Source: Hyperthermus butylicus DSM 5456 (lineage in GTDB: Archaea; Thermoproteota; Thermoprotei_A; Sulfolobales; Pyrodictiaceae). From it: a DNA stretch of 32,000 nt. Position numbers and translations under genes: made by a program. The DNA lies in contig NC_008818.1 of assembly GCF_000015145.1 (NCBI RefSeq), positions 810,001 to 842,000 on the forward strand, given 5' to 3'. The notes below the pieces were generated by a model. It did not search any database. It was not told the DNA's origin and saw nothing but the letters and a program-made list of their open reading frames with translations. Positions within the stretch are counted from its first letter, which is position 1. Each line of letters begins with the position of its first letter. Positions 9,458 through 19,288 of the stretch are shown piece by piece.

Positions 9458-12394
9458 TTAGCTACGCCTTGCAAAGACACCGTAGGCTATGGCTAGTAGC
9501 AGTATTAGGTTGATGACACTTACTATTAGTGCTAGGTTGGCCTTACTCTCTGCTGCAGCTGCCTTGTTCGTCGCTGTTGCTACATCGTCCTTGGTTGCTA
9601 GCCCACTTATACTGCTCTTGAGCGTGTCTGGCAGCTGCTGCACCGTCTTTAGCAGGTCTTGTATTTGTGTGTTTACACCACTAATGGCGTTACTAATCGC
9701 GCTAGCCACTTGCTCACCTAGTAGCTGTCTTAGCTGCTCTATTTGCTTCTGGATGTTCTCCTGTACTTGTTCTATCTTCCCTGCCGTCTCGGTAGTCTGT
9801 AGCGATACTGTCTGCTCCGCTGGCAGTGCTACACTTTCACTATAAGCTATCACTGTTAGGTCGTAGACAGAGTATTCTGCCAGCGTAGCTGTCAGGCTGG
9901 CTGGCAGCTTGATTAGGAAGCCACCAGGTGTCTCTTCAGCCTCGCCTACAGCTATTACCTTGTTGGTCTCTGGGTCGCGTAGCACATACTTGACATGTAG
10001 TGGTGATGGACCTGCAACTGTTACTATGATCCTTGCCTCCTTGCCTGGCGGTACTAGCGGTGTCTTGATACCAGTGATTGTTACCGGTGCTGGCAGGCCG
10101 AATACCCAGTCAGTTGGACCGAATGGGTACGTTGGGTCTCTGAATGCCTCTAGCTCCAGCATCTGGGCGTCCTTGTCGAACTTTACCAGCTTGAACGGTC
10201 CATCGCTAATCCATGCGTTACCGTAAGTGTCGATCCATGCCTTGGCCTTCTCTATCCTGTCAGCCCACTCGTCCGGTGTCATTAGCACTGTGCCGTCTGG
10301 TAGTGTGAAGTAGCCCTTGTAGGCGTCGTAACTTATCTCGTCAAGAGCCTCCTTTATAGCTGCGGCGTGGTCTGCTAGTACTAGGTTGAGCTGTGGTATG
10401 TTCTCCTTCCTGGCCCTAGTCTCGTCGAGCGCATAGGTCTTCTTGACGAATGCTAGGTAGTCCATTGCGAAGATTACTGGTGCGGGGTTGTACAGCGTGA
10501 ATGCTGCGAAGTCGGCAATGTAGTTGGGGTCGAAGTGCCAGTAGTCAACGTATACCTCCACCTTGTTCTCGCTTGGCAGGAATCTGAACGCTACTATCTT
10601 TTCGTAGATCTCCTTAGCCGTAGAGGCGATTGCACCCTCGATCTGGCTCTTCTGCGGGTCATAGGTTATGTCTAGGTTCTCTGCCAGCCACGCCATTATG
10701 TCCGCGAAGGTTATTGGCTCACCGTCGTGCCACTTGCTGCCAACTAGCTTGGATACATCGAATACCACCTTGCTGACAGCCTCTATCCTGCCTAGATCCT
10801 TGGCGTATACCCACCTGTCGTTCTCAGCATCCCACCAGACAGCATCGTCGGGTACCGGTAGCTTGCCCTCTGGCCCAGCAGTCTCAACTGTGAACGGTGT
10901 TCTGAATGCTATTGGCTCACCATTGAACGGGTGTCTCCATATGCCGGGATCGTAGGTTGCGCGTGCTGGGTCTACGCTGTATACGTCATCAAAGCCGCCG
11001 AATGGGTTCCAGATAGTTCTAGCAGTGAATACCCATCTGTGGCCAACCTTTAGTGTGCCATCGCCGCCTGCTACGTAGGCGCCACGTATGAAGAATGGTG
11101 ACCTCAGACCAGCGCCTAGGTCTAGGGTGACACCCTTAACCTCGCTCCTCGCTGGATAAGTGTCTAGAGTGGATACAATCCAGATCCTTAGGCTCTCTTG
11201 TATGCTTAGCTCGGTAGCCTTCTTTAGCAGGTCAATGAATTCCTCCTTGCTCTTGAAGCCGCCTAGGGATATGATCTTGCTGTACTCGTCAATGGTATCG
11301 TTCCTGTAGTTCCACCAGGTTGGCTCAGCCCAGCCTACTACCCAGCCGAACCAGGGTGCTGCGAACTGTGTCACCATCCATGGGTCCCAGCGGTCTATTG
11401 CACCCCTACCCCAGCCCTCAGTGTAGAAGTGCCACTCGAAGTCCTTGGGGTCACTCGCGTATACCTTAGTGATTGCCTCACCGAAGGGTACTATCTGCCT
11501 TAGCACCTTGATGCCAATGGTCTTCTCTAGCTCGTCGGCGAACATTTTACCAATATCTAGACGCTCGTCCTCCTGCCTTATGATGCCTATGACTTGTATT
11601 GGCTTACCATTGTAGTACCATACACCATCCCTGTACTCGGCACCAGCCTTCTGCAACACGCTGAAGACAATCTCCTTGGCTAGTGTTGGATTGTAGCTAA
11701 ACTTATACTTGGCAACTACATCGATTACCTCCACGTATGTTGGGTCGCCAGCGCCATACACAGCGTACCTGGCAATGGCAAAGCCCTTGTAGATGTTCTT
11801 TACGATGTAGTCTCTGTCCACTAGGTAGTTCATGGCAAACCTTATCTCCTTGAAGCAGAACGGGTTAATGTCAAACTTATCGCTCTGCCAGAGAACCTTG
11901 CCACCAGCGCTGGTTACGCTGGTCTCCGGTATCTTGGCACATAGTTCTACAACAGTGATGTCCCTGTCCTCAATACTCACACCCACTGGCGGTACCTCCT
12001 CAGCGCCCGACGGCACGTAGGTTGCGTAGGCAATCACTACCGGGTCTACGCCTAGTTTCGTGGCTGCCTCCTCCTTGGTTAGCTTGCCCGGCAGCTCTAC
12101 GATCATTACTGGAGCTGGGTTGAGGCCCAGGTCTACTAGGCCTGCTGGAGCCTGGTATAGCTCTATACCTTTCTCGCCTACAAGCTGCTGCGCGGCAGCT
12201 GGCCTTAGACCGAACAAGTAAACGTCGATGTCACCAGACTTTAGTGCTTGCACTACTTGCTCTAATGTAACCTGCTTCCAGATCACCTTGTCTGATGCTG
12301 GACCCTTCTCACCTTGCGCCTGGGCTGTAATCGCAACGCCTAGGCTTGGTAGGACAAATACCGCTATTAAGATTAGAGCTATGAGCTTTCTCAC
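9458..12394 (-). CDS. Extracellular solute-binding protein, family 5-like, with signal sequence and C-terminal coiled coil plus TM anchor
   Basis: 978 aa; signal MRKLIALILIAVFVLPSLGVAITAQA; DGEPITFADIMAWLAENL-type SBP5 segment (KWHDGEPITFADI); C-terminal LALIVSVINLILLLAIAYGVFARRS; adjacent to permeases. Confidence 0.9.
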   Translation of the reverse strand: MRKLIALILIAVFVLPSLGVAITAQAQGEKGPASDKVIWKQVTLEQVVQALKSGDIDVYLFGLRPAAAQQLVGEKGIELYQAPAGLVDLGLNPAPVMIVELPGKLTKEEAATKLGVDPVVIAYATYVPSGAEEVPPVGVSIEDRDITVVELCAKIPETSVTSAGGKVLWQSDKFDINPFCFKEIRFAMNYLVDRDYIVKNIYKGFAIARYAVYGAGDPTYVEVIDVVAKYKFSYNPTLAKEIVFSVLQKAGAEYRDGVWYYNGKPIQVIGIIRQEDERLDIGKMFADELEKTIGIKVLRQIVPFGEAITKVYASDPKDFEWHFYTEGWGRGAIDRWDPWMVTQFAAPWFGWVVGWAEPTWWNYRNDTIDEYSKIISLGGFKSKEEFIDLLKKATELSIQESLRIWIVSTLDTYPARSEVKGVTLDLGAGLRSPFFIRGAYVAGGDGTLKVGHRWVFTARTIWNPFGGFDDVYSVDPARATYDPGIWRHPFNGEPIAFRTPFTVETAGPEGKLPVPDDAVWWDAENDRWVYAKDLGRIEAVSKVVFDVSKLVGSKWHDGEPITFADIMAWLAENLDITYDPQKSQIEGAIASTAKEIYEKIVAFRFLPSENKVEVYVDYWHFDPNYIADFAAFTLYNPAPVIFAMDYLAFVKKTYALDETRARKENIPQLNLVLADHAAAIKEALDEISYDAYKGYFTLPDGTVLMTPDEWADRIEKAKAWIDTYGNAWISDGPFKLVKFDKDAQMLELEAFRDPTYPFGPTDWVFGLPAPVTITGIKTPLVPPGKEARIIVTVAGPSPLHVKYVLRDPETNKVIAVGEAEETPGGFLIKLPASLTATLAEYSVYDLTVIAYSESVALPAEQTVSLQTTETAGKIEQVQENIQKQIEQLRQLLGEQVASAISNAISGVNTQIQDLLKTVQQLPDTLKSSISGLATKDDVATATNKAAAAESKANLALIVSVINLILLLAIAYGVFARRS

Positions 12395-12459
12395 GATGGG
12401 TCACCCAGCGTATGCGGTTCCTACCCTAATCCGTGTTGTGTTTAGGTAAAGCATAAGGC

Positions 12460-12475
12460 GATGTTAAAAAAATTT
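12460..12475 (-). promoter_or_regulatory. Putative archaeal BRE/TATA upstream of the solute-binding protein gene
   Basis: Minus strand GGAAATTTTTTTAACA about 70 nt upstream of the 12394 start. Confidence 0.4.
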
Positions 12476-12629
12476 CCTATGCTAGTTATTGGCTGGGATT
12501 GCAGTGGAACACGTGCGAGATTTGAATGCTGTTCTGAGAGAATTAGAGCCGAGCTGTAGATGGTTCGTTAGTTGGCATGTAAGCCTCAGCCCTCTGCTGG
12601 GAGCCAGACCCGCTGCTAGCACACTAAGC

Positions 12630-13385
12630 TCATAGGGTTTTTGACTCGCGGAGCGCTATGGCAGCCAGTGCTGCCGCTAGGAGCGTGGCTGCTGCTAGCG
12701 CGGGAAGCCTAAGCTTTACGACCTCCACACCTACAGCACTTGTACACCCCAAACTATCAACGTCTACAACTATGCTCTTTAGCTTTGATTCCACAAGTTC
12801 CAGCTTCAGCTTTCCAGCTGCTATGTTGTAGCTACAGGTAAGATTGTATAGTTCACCGCCATGCATTTGCCCTATATCGATTACACTGCAGCCCGGCACA
12901 TAGATTGGCAGTTTACCGTAATCGCCCGGCAGAAATAGTATAGCACTATTAGCTTCCACTACTAGGATGGCATGCGTTACTGCGACCGGATAGAACCAGT
13001 TTAGCTCTAGTACACCAGGCTCAACACTCTTCATAACCGATGGTGGTAGTGTCTCCCTACTAGTCTTGAGGAGTACCATGTGTAGCAGCGAAGGGCCTAG
13101 TGCTAAGCTGCCACCCTCTGGCGGGAGATAGGCTACTGACACGTTTCCCGAACAGCTGGTATAGTTGCACTTGTAGTATAGTACCTCGAAGCCCAGGGGC
13201 TGCGAGGCAGTAGTGTTGACCACAGCCGGTTCAAGGGTTATATTCTGAACAGGTATGACGCAAAGCCCACCGAGATCAACCTCTCCAGACTCGACATGCA
13301 CATCAGCCATAGCCACCACTATTAGTGCTATGGTCGAAAACATTAATGCTAGAAACCCCACTATAACGCTATATCCTCTACGCAA
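12630..13385 (-). CDS. Hypothetical secreted/membrane protein, N-terminal TM, Cys-containing ectodomain, C-terminal TM
   Basis: MRRGYSVIVGFLALMFSTIALIVVAM ... LPALAAATLLAAALAAIALRES; many N-x-S/T sites. Confidence 0.65.
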   Translation of the reverse strand: MRRGYSVIVGFLALMFSTIALIVVAMADVHVESGEVDLGGLCVIPVQNITLEPAVVNTTASQPLGFEVLYYKCNYTSCSGNVSVAYLPPEGGSLALGPSLLHMVLLKTSRETLPPSVMKSVEPGVLELNWFYPVAVTHAILVVEANSAILFLPGDYGKLPIYVPGCSVIDIGQMHGGELYNLTCSYNIAAGKLKLELVESKLKSIVVDVDSLGCTSAVGVEVVKLRLPALAAATLLAAALAAIALRESKTL

Positions 13386-13403
13386 GGCGATATAACCCCG
13401 TGG

Positions 13404-14003
13404 TTGCCCCTGGGCTTCTCCTCGCGGAGTCTCCCTAGCCCCCAGAGGCTAAATCCGCACAAGTGTAGCTGTGATGCTGGGTGGAACTTGTTGAAGCTTA
13501 CGAGTAAAATGCTTGCCGCAGGTATTGGACTGCTATTGCTCGCACTTGCCTCCTCGATAGCCGCTATGACGCCTACGTCCAAATATGTGTTTACCCGCGT
13601 GAAGAATATAGAGTCCGGCAACTCTACCATAGCCCTACTAGTCGCAACACTTGTAGACGAGCCTATAGAAGGCGTATCGGGTATCGATCTAAGCCTCGTA
13701 AATAACGGCGGTGACCTAAGGCTTGTTATGCTACGCAGAACCAATAGCGGTATAGTGACAGAGAACTATACCATCGCTTCGGGCTCATCAGTCAACATTA
13801 CCGGCATAAGGCTAATGGATACCTTGCTGCTCCAATCACTACAAGGCCAGGGTGTAAACGCTACAGCATATATCACATTAACGATTTACGAGAGGAAGCT
13901 ACTAGGGCTGAGTGCTGTAGCTCTTGCACTCTTCATAGCTGGTACCGTAGTTATAACTACAGCTATAGCGCTAAGGCTATCAGGTCTTGAGGTTGGCGAA
14001 TAA
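13404..14003 (+). CDS. Hypothetical membrane-anchored protein (real start possibly ATG at 13509)
   Basis: MLAAGIGLLLLALASSIAAM ... LSAVALALFIAGTVVITTAIAL; same two-TM layout as the divergent neighbour. Confidence 0.6.
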   Translation: MPLGFSSRSLPSPQRLNPHKCSCDAGWNLLKLTSKMLAAGIGLLLLALASSIAAMTPTSKYVFTRVKNIESGNSTIALLVATLVDEPIEGVSGIDLSLVNNGGDLRLVMLRRTNSGIVTENYTIASGSSVNITGIRLMDTLLLQSLQGQGVNATAYITLTIYERKLLGLSAVALALFIAGTVVITTAIALRLSGLEVGE

Positions 14004-14086
14004 CCAGCCATGAAGAAGACTTGATTTTCCTAAAAACCTCGTCTTTGCACTGCCGAACGCGTGATGGTTAGAGATTCTCGCTGCAG

Positions 14087-14506
14087 TTAGTAGCGCTGGC
14101 GACGCTGGAACTCACCGAGCCTTCTCCGACCCCGGCGCTGCCATGACGCCTTAGGGGTCTCCTCGGGTACTTCTTCGGGCTGAGGAGCTTCGCTATCGTC
14201 GAGTCTGCGTATTCCGCCACGACCTCCAACATTGAGGACTACGTTGCCCCGATAATTAGTTGTCCAGGCGCCCTGGATCTCGACAGCCTCACCCTCCGAC
14301 AATGTACCGGCTGCACGACCCCAGAGTGTTAGCTTCACCCTACCTGTCTCGTCGCCTACCACCGCCTCGCTTATCGTACGTGGACCCCTACGTGTCTCTA
14401 TGACTCTGGGAGCTTCGGCTTCTAAAACACGGACTCGGACTGTTACGTTATCCATTCCGGGTTTAAGCTCTGATATTTTTACGGGGGTTTCCTTCTGGCT
14501 ACGCAT
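14087..14506 (-). CDS. ssb: Crenarchaeal-type single-stranded DNA-binding protein, one OB fold
   Basis: ISELKPGMDNVTVRVRVLE ... VVGDETGRVKLTLWG ... basic C-terminal tail RRGRRRLGEFQRRQRY. Confidence 0.87.
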   Translation of the reverse strand: MRSQKETPVKISELKPGMDNVTVRVRVLEAEAPRVIETRRGPRTISEAVVGDETGRVKLTLWGRAAGTLSEGEAVEIQGAWTTNYRGNVVLNVGGRGGIRRLDDSEAPQPEEVPEETPKASWQRRGRRRLGEFQRRQRY

Positions 14507-14612
14507 GGATACATCGACTCCAGCTACGCTAAACGAGTATGTACTGGCTCTCAGAGGCTTATATCCCTGCCGGACCAGTTGGCTGTGATGATGCTGGCCT
14601 GTGCTTAGCCCC

Positions 14613-15065
14613 CTACGGGCTGTGCTGAGAGGGGGCTTGGGAGCGGCGGCTGAGCCTTATTGCTTCAGGCTTGACGGGATCTGGTAGGAGGTCACGTAGC
14701 CTCCACACCCTTGTCTCACCGGTTACTAGCGAGCGTGAAGCGATCACAGTGTCATCGTCCGCAAACTCTGCTATCACCTGGCGGCAGGCTCCACAAGGCG
14801 GTAGTGGTAAGGTTGTATCTGACACTATTGCCACTGCCTTTATCCTGCGGCGGCCAGCTGTAATCATTGCCGCTACTGCCGCCCTCTCAGCACAGATTGT
14901 TAAGCCGTAACTTACATTCTCGACATTGACGCCCAGGTAGACTGTTCCATCGTCTGCTAGAACAACTGCTGCTACATGGACCCCACTGTAGGGGGCATAG
15001 CTGTTACCTATGACTTGCTTGGCCCTCTGGAATAGCTCCTCTAGATCCACCCCCAAGCTAGCCAA
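14613..15065 (-). CDS. cdd: Cytidine deaminase
   Basis: YAPYSGVHVAAVV, NVENVSYGLTICAERAAV, LPPCGACRQVIAEF zinc-site motifs. Confidence 0.95.
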   Translation of the reverse strand: MASLGVDLEELFQRAKQVIGNSYAPYSGVHVAAVVLADDGTVYLGVNVENVSYGLTICAERAAVAAMITAGRRRIKAVAIVSDTTLPLPPCGACRQVIAEFADDDTVIASRSLVTGETRVWRLRDLLPDPVKPEAIRLSRRSQAPSQHSP

Positions 15066-15255
15066 GGACTCTCACCCCTGGAGCCGGGGGCATGCTATGC
15101 ATAGCATAGCTTCTCAGCTAACAACTCAAGACCCTAGAGGCACATTCCTCAAACACGTACGCCCAAGGCCAGCTACTCCAGCCGCGTGTAAGGCACCTGG
15201 ATAAAATAGTGTCATGGTTACTGCTTCGCCTAGACCTGCTGGACGCCACGTTATT

Positions 15256-15398
15256 AGGTAGCGCTAAGCAGTGGAAAGTATGGGCGATGAGGGAGCCTGG
15301 GGGATCCCCCTAGCCCGGACGCCCCCGCCCACAATGGGCGGGGCTGGCTGAGGAGGTGGCCCCCTCCCCGAGCCCCGGGCCTATGCCTCCTGCTACCT
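15256..15398. ncRNA. Candidate structured RNA or GC-rich structured intergenic element
   Basis: AGGTAGC (15256-15262) complementary to GCTACCT (15392-15398); inside it CCCCGCCCA-CAA-TGGGCGGGG hairpin and GCCTGGGG/CCCCGGGC pairing. Confidence 0.3.
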
Positions 15399-15886
15399 AC
15401 CGGAGACACCATACAACCCAACCTCCTCCGGGATGATTCTCACGTTCACCTTAAATGATGATTGAGAAGAGAACAATATCGTTATAGCTCAGAAACACTA
15501 TTGAAGTCACAATAGTGCATATAGCTTACTACGAAAACCATTATGCTTCGAGCCTAGTGCTTAATCCTATACCTTGATCACAGATGGGCTGCTCCACATA
15601 GTCCTTACAATATGCAACATGCACAGGAAAAGCAACCATACAGTCTCAATGACTGGGCCATTGCAAATGACCCTTACATTGCGCACGTATCCTTCATTGG
15701 TTTGTTCCTAGCTCTTCTCTCGTTTTCGCCCTCAGAATCTTCAGTCTCGACGTGTTTGCTTTTCACTCAAGGGCAACCCTATGAGAGGCTTGGACTATCA
15801 ATAGGCTGGGAGTATGTCAAGCTTGACAGGAGAGTGGCACAGAAGACAACGTTCAAACGGGCCCAGCGTGCCTAGTTTCAGCGTAG

Positions 15887-17056
15887 ATGCTGGCTAGCGC
15901 TGTTTTGGGGTGGGCTAGTGTGACGGGTGTTAAGGTTCCCCTATACGATGTTCATAGGGAGCTTGGTGCATCGCTTGGAGAGTTTGCTGGGTGGCTAGTC
16001 CCCATAGATTATGGCAGTATTGTTGAGGAGCATGTTGCTGTGAGGAAGACTGTTGGGTTCTTCGATCTAAGCCATATGGCTAGGATAATCGTGTCAGGCC
16101 CCGATGCCGGCAAGCTGTTGGACAAGCTGGTGCCACGCTATCTTGAGTCAGAGCCAGGCACTATGCTTGGTCCAACAGCGTTCCTAAATGAGAACGCTGG
16201 CTTTGTTGACGATGTGATGCTCTACAACCTTGGCGGTAACCAGTGGATGATTGTTGCAAACGCTGTTAACCGGGAGAAAGTGCTAGGCTGGCTCAACGAT
16301 TGGCTCTCAAGGCTAGGGTTTACAGCCAGCGTTGAGGACAAGACGTTGGAGCTAGCCATGTTTGCCGTCCAGGGTCCAAAGGCGGCTGAGCTTATGGAGA
16401 GGCTTGGTGCACCACGCGAGGTCTTGGAGCTGAAGCTGTTGAGGTTCCGGCTCAACGTAGAGCTATCAGAGGCAAAGGCAAGGGCATTTCTTGTTTCGCG
16501 TAGCGGGTGGACAGGCGAGGATGGCTTCGAGATCATAGCCCCAGTTGGTGAGGCTGAGAAGATACTCCGCAAGGCTGCTGAGATAGTTCGGGAGCTCGGA
16601 GGCAGACTATGCGGACTAGGCGCGAGGGATAGCTTGAGAATGGAGATGGGCTTCGTACTCTACGGCCACGAGATAGACGAGGAAACAACACCCGTCGATG
16701 CAAGGTACTGGTGGGTCTACCAGCCCGGCCCAAAGGAGGACTGCGTGGGCTGCAAGGCTCTTCGCGAGGCTCTACGGCGCGGCGCTGTAAAGGTAAGAGT
16801 GGGGATTAGGCTCTCGAAGAAGGCCCGCATAGTGCCACGGCAGGGAGACAAGATATACGTTGAGGGTGTTGAGGTAGGCCATGTGACCAGCGGCGCCTAT
16901 AGTCCAGTCCTCGGCCGGAGCATAGCACAAGCATACATAAAGCCAAGCCACGCCCTCATGGGGCTCACCGTCGAGGTTGAACGGAGAGGCAAGAGGTACC
17001 AGGGCAAGATAGTCGACTTCCCACTAGTAAAGCCTACATCCTCACCACCACTCTAG
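15887..17056 (+). CDS. gcvT: Glycine cleavage system aminomethyltransferase (T protein); start may be internal GTG
   Basis: VPLYDVHRELGASLGEFAGWLVPIDYGSIVEEHVAVRKTVGFFDLSHM; FLVSRSGWTGEDGFEI; LGARDSLRMEMGFVLYGHEI. Confidence 0.93.
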   Translation: MLASAVLGWASVTGVKVPLYDVHRELGASLGEFAGWLVPIDYGSIVEEHVAVRKTVGFFDLSHMARIIVSGPDAGKLLDKLVPRYLESEPGTMLGPTAFLNENAGFVDDVMLYNLGGNQWMIVANAVNREKVLGWLNDWLSRLGFTASVEDKTLELAMFAVQGPKAAELMERLGAPREVLELKLLRFRLNVELSEAKARAFLVSRSGWTGEDGFEIIAPVGEAEKILRKAAEIVRELGGRLCGLGARDSLRMEMGFVLYGHEIDEETTPVDARYWWVYQPGPKEDCVGCKALREALRRGAVKVRVGIRLSKKARIVPRQGDKIYVEGVEVGHVTSGAYSPVLGRSIAQAYIKPSHALMGLTVEVERRGKRYQGKIVDFPLVKPTSSPPL

Positions 17057-17446
17057 CCATGGTGCTCCTTAAACGACAAAGAAAATCGGGACTCACAAGG
17101 CCACCGAGCAGTTTTACCCACTCACATCCATCAACCTAGACCCTATCCTCATAATACATAACAATCCACACTATCATAGTACTTGAGGAGATGCCGAAGC
17201 TGCACACCTAAAACAACACATTTCAGTATGGCTGAGCGCGGAGCACCAGCTCCAGCAACGACCCCGAAGATGATGCCCCAGCCCTCTGAGCCCTGCTGGA
17301 TTCAATTCAATCCATCGTCTCCTATAGCTGGATTCAAATAGCCCAGCAATGGCTTTAGAAGCCTAAGCTCAGAGAGCCTCTGGAGACAAAGACATCACCA
17401 ACCTAATGTCGACTTTGATTTAGCGTGCCCTCCAGGTGCAACAACC

Positions 17447-18526
17447 ATGCCCATGGTGTATCACGATGGTAGAAGGCGGGCTGCAATATATGCTCCTGGC
17501 GCCTATGGCAGGGATGAGGGAAAGACTGGCCACGACCTAGTCATATTTAACGGCGGACTCCTATGGGATCTCATAGCCGTAGTAGACCCGTTTAACGCTG
17601 GCCGCGACGCAGGTGAGGTACTCGGGCTAGGCCGTAAAGGCATACCCATAGTGCGAAGTATCAAAGAAGCCATCGAGAAGGGTGCCGAAGCAATTATTGT
17701 AGGAGCTGCACCCGTTGGCGGCAAGCTGCCCGAGGAGTGGAAGCGAGATCTTCGCGACGCGCTTGAGGCAGGCCTCGATGTCTATAGTGGGCTTCACACC
17801 TTCCTCTCTGACGATCCGGAGCTCCGGGCTGCCGCAGAAAAAGGCAATGCCAGGATAGTTGACGTCCGCAAGCCTGATCCCCGCTATTACCGTGTCTGGG
17901 ATGGCCGGGTTCTTGGCACTAAAATGAAGCGGGTCCTCATAGCAGGGACAGACTGCGATGCTGGAAAGAACATAGCAACCTACACTATATATCAAACCCT
18001 AGTACGTCGCGGAGCTAAGGCCTGCATGATAGGTACGGGCCAGACGATGTTGCTTCTAGGTGCTCGAGGCCTGGTAATGGATGCTATGCCAAGCGACTTT
18101 GTTGCTGGCGCTCTGGAAAAGATAATCGTTGAAGCCTACGAGCAAGGCTGCGAAGTAGCCGTGATTGAGGGCCAGGCTGCAATAACCCACGAAGCCTACG
18201 GCCACGTTACCCTAGGCATACTCCGTGGAGCTTCCCCAACACACATAGTGGTAGCACACGTGCCAGGCCGCCGCTGGCGATCAGCATTCAGCCACGCATG
18301 GATGCCCCTCAGAGCCCCCGAGCCAGGCGAAGAGCTAGTCTATCTCAAAGCACTGAATCCCTATCCGAACCCGGTACTAGCTGGAATAACGCTCAACACT
18401 AGCATGTACAGCTTGGAGGAAGCGAAACGAATCGAGGAAGAGTATACCCGTACATACATGGTGCCAGCTGTTGACCCATTGAGAACAAGCGTGGACGCAA
18501 TAGTGGAACGGATCTTGTCGAGCTAA
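17447..18526 (+). CDS. DUF1611 family P-loop protein (DgcN-like)
   Basis: KRVLIAGTDCDAGKNIATYTIYQTLVRRGAKACMIGTGQT and VIEGQAAITHEAYGHVTLGILRG are typical of the family. Confidence 0.85.
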   Translation: MPMVYHDGRRRAAIYAPGAYGRDEGKTGHDLVIFNGGLLWDLIAVVDPFNAGRDAGEVLGLGRKGIPIVRSIKEAIEKGAEAIIVGAAPVGGKLPEEWKRDLRDALEAGLDVYSGLHTFLSDDPELRAAAEKGNARIVDVRKPDPRYYRVWDGRVLGTKMKRVLIAGTDCDAGKNIATYTIYQTLVRRGAKACMIGTGQTMLLLGARGLVMDAMPSDFVAGALEKIIVEAYEQGCEVAVIEGQAAITHEAYGHVTLGILRGASPTHIVVAHVPGRRWRSAFSHAWMPLRAPEPGEELVYLKALNPYPNPVLAGITLNTSMYSLEEAKRIEEEYTRTYMVPAVDPLRTSVDAIVERILSS

Positions 18527-18862
18527 ACTCTAGCCAGGGTTGCAAGGGCTACAAGTCGGGAGCCAGTAAGCAGTTCCAGTTGTTGCAGCAAAACCCGTAT
18601 CCATGTTAGGCCTATTTTCTCGCTGTACCGAGCCCTAAATCAACGTCTACAGTCTCGGAGCCTAGTGGTCCCTGGAACCATATCTCATCTGTGAGGCTGT
18701 GCAACAAGTGATACGCTCTTATATACACCGTTCCACCGGACCACACGCTCATTCCTCTTCATAGGTGCTACCTGCCTAATACGCGGTAGATACCTGGTAG
18801 TATATTGTGGCGCTGCACTAAACACTGTTCTTGCGTGGGATATACTCTACTGGTGGGACTGC

Positions 18863-19264
18863 GTGAGCCTCGTAGAAGAGCCTCTCGCGCTTGAGTCCCT
18901 TTCGGAGAGCCTCTACAGCCTCGTAGACGAGGCACAGGCTACTGGGCTCTCCCTGCTACGCTTTATGTCCGCAGTGCGCAGTGTTGTCACAGCCTTAGTG
19001 CTTGGCGGAAGACTTGAGGGGGCTAGGCTACTAAAGATCGCTGAGAGCTACTCTGCCTCGGAGCGGCCGGCTGCAAGAGCCCTCGTGGTGTTTGACGGGT
19101 TTGCCTTCTACCTATACGCAAAACCCTACATAGACGTGGGCGACGTCGATGTCGCCATTGACGAGGCTGGTGATGTCGCTAAGGAGCTTGGCATAGAGGT
19201 TGTACCCATCATCGCAGGATACGAGTTTAGCGTTTACTGCCGAAAAGTACGCGAAGAGTATTGA
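18863..19264 (+). CDS. Hypothetical protein, 133 aa, GTG start
   Basis: Uninterrupted ORF with balanced composition in an otherwise unassigned gap; no recognised motif. Confidence 0.5.
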   Translation: MSLVEEPLALESLSESLYSLVDEAQATGLSLLRFMSAVRSVVTALVLGGRLEGARLLKIAESYSASERPAARALVVFDGFAFYLYAKPYIDVGDVDVAIDEAGDVAKELGIEVVPIIAGYEFSVYCRKVREEY

Positions 19265-19288
19265 AGTCGAGACTGTGAAGCTAGAAGC

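Noticed and set aside
9489-12449. Chain of plus-strand ORFs antisense to the solute-binding protein
   Set aside because: Low-complexity Ser/Thr/Leu-rich translations typical of antisense frames of a real gene; no motifs.
14585-14628. Possible C/D box sRNA: GTGATGA (14585-14591) and CTGA (14625-14628)
   Set aside because: No D'/C' pair between them, no terminal stem, and the D box falls inside the 3' end of cdd.
15450-15500. ATGATGA sequence at about 15454 resembling a C box
   Set aside because: No CTGA at suitable distance; AT-rich surroundings without a closing stem.
15612-15875. Plus-strand 87-aa ORF in the gap before gcvT
   Set aside because: No motif, no clear ribosome binding site; cannot be supported from sequence alone.
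17235-17320. Possible C/D box elements (CTGA, AGATGATG, CTGA) upstream of the DUF1611 gene
   Set aside because: Spacing between boxes is not canonical (over 25 nt between D' and C'), no clear first C box.
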